Part shown: in pieces, positions 28,394 through 32,680 of the stretch
Layout of the letters: every line of letters begins with the position of its first letter
Numbering within the stretch: the stretch's first letter is position 1
NCBI GenBank assembly: GCA_013152275.1
Contig: JAADGS010000069.1
Coordinates: 1 to 32,680 of the forward strand
Length of the DNA stretch: 32,680 nucleotides
Origin: Actinomycetota bacterium
Lineage (GTDB): Bacteria > Actinomycetota > Acidimicrobiia > Spongiisociales > UBA4744
Direction of reading: 5' to 3'
The notes under the pieces: model-generated
Seen by the model: the letters and a program-made list of their open reading frames with translations, nothing else
Databases searched by the model: none
What the model was told of the DNA's origin: nothing
Position numbers and translations under genes: made by a program

Positions 28394-29265
28394 GGGACGA
28401 TCTGCTCCAGTCGCGAGACAGCGATATCCGTTGCCTCACGTTCTTTCAGTAGGGGTATCAACGCCGGTAATTCGGAACGAGGCACTGCAGCCTTCACCGC
28501 CATGCCGCTGTCACCGTGCAGACGAGCGATGGTTGGCTCGCGCATACGCGGGAGGATCTCGATGATCCGCTCGAGGTATTGGGCAGAGACGTTGAACTCG
28601 ACCATCACACGTCGTCTTGCCTCGAGCACCGACCGCAAGCTCAATACCAGACCGTCGATCGCCGCCTTCTTCACCGGCGAGTCCAGTACCTGAGGACTGG
28701 CGTACAACCGAGTCGACGACGTGATCAGCTCGTCCACGACCGCAAGGCCATTGGCGGAAAGAGTCTCCCCCGTGGCGGTGTTGTCGACGATCACGTCGGC
28801 ATCCTCGGGCGGAAACACTTCGGTCGCCCCGTACGAGTGAACGAAGGTGGCACGCAGACCCCGCCGAGCTATCCAGCTGCGGGACAACCGCTCGTACTCA
28901 CTGGCAACCGTCAACCGCCGGTTCGGAAGACGACCATCCTCGAGAAGTGCGAGCGGGGCGGCGGCAACAACCCGTACCGGGTCGAGACCCGTATCCAGCA
29001 TTTCGATGAGTTCGGCGTTCTTCTCGGCGACCCAGTCGGCGCCGGCGAATCCGATATCACGAGAGCCGGCCGCCAGCATCTCCACGATGTTCTGTGGTTT
29101 GAGGAGTTTGACCTCGTAGCCGGGAACCGACAGCTGAGGTCGGTAACCGCGGCCACCACTACGCAGCTGCAGACCCGCGTCCGATAGGAGGTTCACGACT
29201 CCCTTCTCGATGCGGCCCTTGGGTACCGCAAGGTGAAGAAGGTCTTGTCGGTCAGATAGTGTCAT
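28390..29265 (-). CDS. hisG: ATP phosphoribosyltransferase (long form with C-terminal regulatory domain)
   Basis: LAVPKGRI, YGATE and DVIVDNTATGETL motifs, plus a C-terminal PRMREPTI domain; ATG 29265. Confidence 0.94.
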   Translation of the reverse strand: MTLSDRQDLLHLAVPKGRIEKGVVNLLSDAGLQLRSGGRGYRPQLSVPGYEVKLLKPQNIVEMLAAGSRDIGFAGADWVAEKNAELIEMLDTGLDPVRVVAAAPLALLEDGRLPNRRLTVASEYERLSRSWIARRGLRATFVHSYGATEVFPPEDADVIVDNTATGETLSANGLAVVDELITSSTRLYASPQVLDSPVKKAAIDGLVLSLRSVLEARRRVMVEFNVSAQYLERIIEILPRMREPTIARLHGDSGMAVKAAVPRSELPALIPLLKEREATDIAVSRLEQIVP

Positions 29266-29304
29266 CTGGGCTCTTTCCCGCCGACAGCGTCCGGGTGCTT
29301 GCCC

Positions 29305-29334
29305 AATAAACAAGAAACCGACCGCTGAGGTCGG
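29305..29334 (-). terminator. his attenuator terminator (intrinsic)
   Basis: CCGACC-TCAGC-GGTCGG followed by TTTCTTGTTTATT. Confidence 0.8.
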
Positions 29335-29373
29335 CGTTTGTGTCCTTGGCTGGCTATCGCTAGTTGAACACCA

Positions 29374-29430
29374 TCAACCGACCCGATCCGGGTGGTGGTG
29401 ATGATGAAACTCAGCAAATCGTCTGCTCAT
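29374..29430 (-). CDS. hisL: his operon leader peptide MSRRFAEFHHHHHPDRVG
   Basis: 18-codon ORF with five tandem His codons (CAT CAT CAC CAC CAC), upstream of a terminator and hisG. Confidence 0.88.
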   Translation of the reverse strand: MSRRFAEFHHHHHPDRVG

Positions 29431-29439
29431 TGTCCGAGG

Positions 29440-29468
29440 ACGCTAGCCCATCTCGAACCGAACCGCAA
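29440..29468 (-). promoter_or_regulatory. his operon promoter TTGCGG-17-TAGCGT
   Basis: -35 at 29468-29463 and -10 at 29445-29440, 9 nt before the leader ATG. Confidence 0.6.
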
Positions 29469-29604
29469 GAGAACATCGCCAGGCGCAACCGCCGATCCGC
29501 CAGGCGTCGCCGACGAATCGAACCTCTACGCTTCCTCGGGGCGGCCCGCGCGAGTGCCGATCACGGCCGGTGCGTCGACATCAGGAACGTTGCCCACCAG
29601 GGCT

Positions 29605-32219
<2,615 letters not shown>

Positions 32220-32329
32220 TCAAGACGGGATGAACACCGTCAGGATCGCGGGCGTTTCGACGATCTCGCGACCTTGGGCCGGGGGCTTGCCGGGTCGGGC
32301 CGGCCGGTGTCGTGTTGTGTGGGCTCCGG

Positions 32330-32680
32330 TCAGGCGATCGTCACACCGGCATCCAGGTAGACGTCCTGAATCGCGTTGAGCAGCTCCACACCCTCGGCCA
32401 TCGGACGCTGAAACGCCTTACGCCCACTGATCAAACCAGACCCGCCGGCCCGCTTGTTGATAACCGCGGTACGCACCGCCTGCTCGAAATCACCGGCACC
32501 CGAAGACGCCCCACCCGAGTTGATCAAACCAATCCGACCCATATAACAATTCGCAACCTGCCATCTCGTGAGATCGATCGGATGATCGGTAGTCAACTCC
32601 TCATACACCCTGGGATGCGTCTTACCGAAACCGACAGCCAGGTAACCCCCATTGGACTCAGGCTGCTTCTGCTTGATGAT
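32330..32680 (-). CDS. fbaB: Class I fructose-bisphosphate aldolase, C-terminal part (5' end outside the window)
   Basis: [29 protein letters not shown] and [19 protein letters not shown] motifs. Confidence 0.92.
   Translation of the reverse strand: MIKQKQPESNGGYLAVGFGKTHPRVYEELTTDHPIDLTRWQVANCYMGRIGLINSGGASSGAGDFEQAVRTAVINKRAGGSGLISGRKAFQRPMAEGVELLNAIQDVYLDAGVTIA

Overview
High-GC bacterial DNA, probably an actinobacterium of Acidimicrobiia-like character (inference), with a 30-N scaffold gap at 5953-5982. The left part (1-6.6 kb) is accessory. It holds an ECF sigma/anti-sigma-like pair, small secreted and membrane proteins, a DUF59/SufT-like gene coupled to an NnrS-like membrane gene, an HEXXH protein and IS3-like end relics. 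The middle (6.6-21.2 kb) is an inositol/sugar catabolic island: an ABC transporter, iolE-like and iolG-like genes, four Gfo/Idh/MocA enzymes, two SDRs, an RmlD-like reductase, an SMP-30 lactonase and a TauE exporter. Four copies of a LacI-type palindrome (TGGAACGTTCCA) sit at its promoters. The island is partly decayed, with a frameshifted 2-hydroxyacid dehydrogenase and an HpcH-aldolase/IolD chimeric relic. The right part carries a complete, unusually ordered his operon with HisC-HAD and HisA-HisI-HisE fusions, then metY-metX and a partial fbaB. The main findings are two short ORFs absent from the ORF track, each with attenuator geometry. One is a His5 leader (MSRRFAEFHHHHHPDRVG) before hisG. 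The other is a Met/Cys-rich leader ([22 protein letters not shown]) before metY-metX, which suggests ribosome-mediated attenuation of methionine biosynthesis where a SAM riboswitch would be expected. All family calls come from motif recognition by eye; no searches were run.
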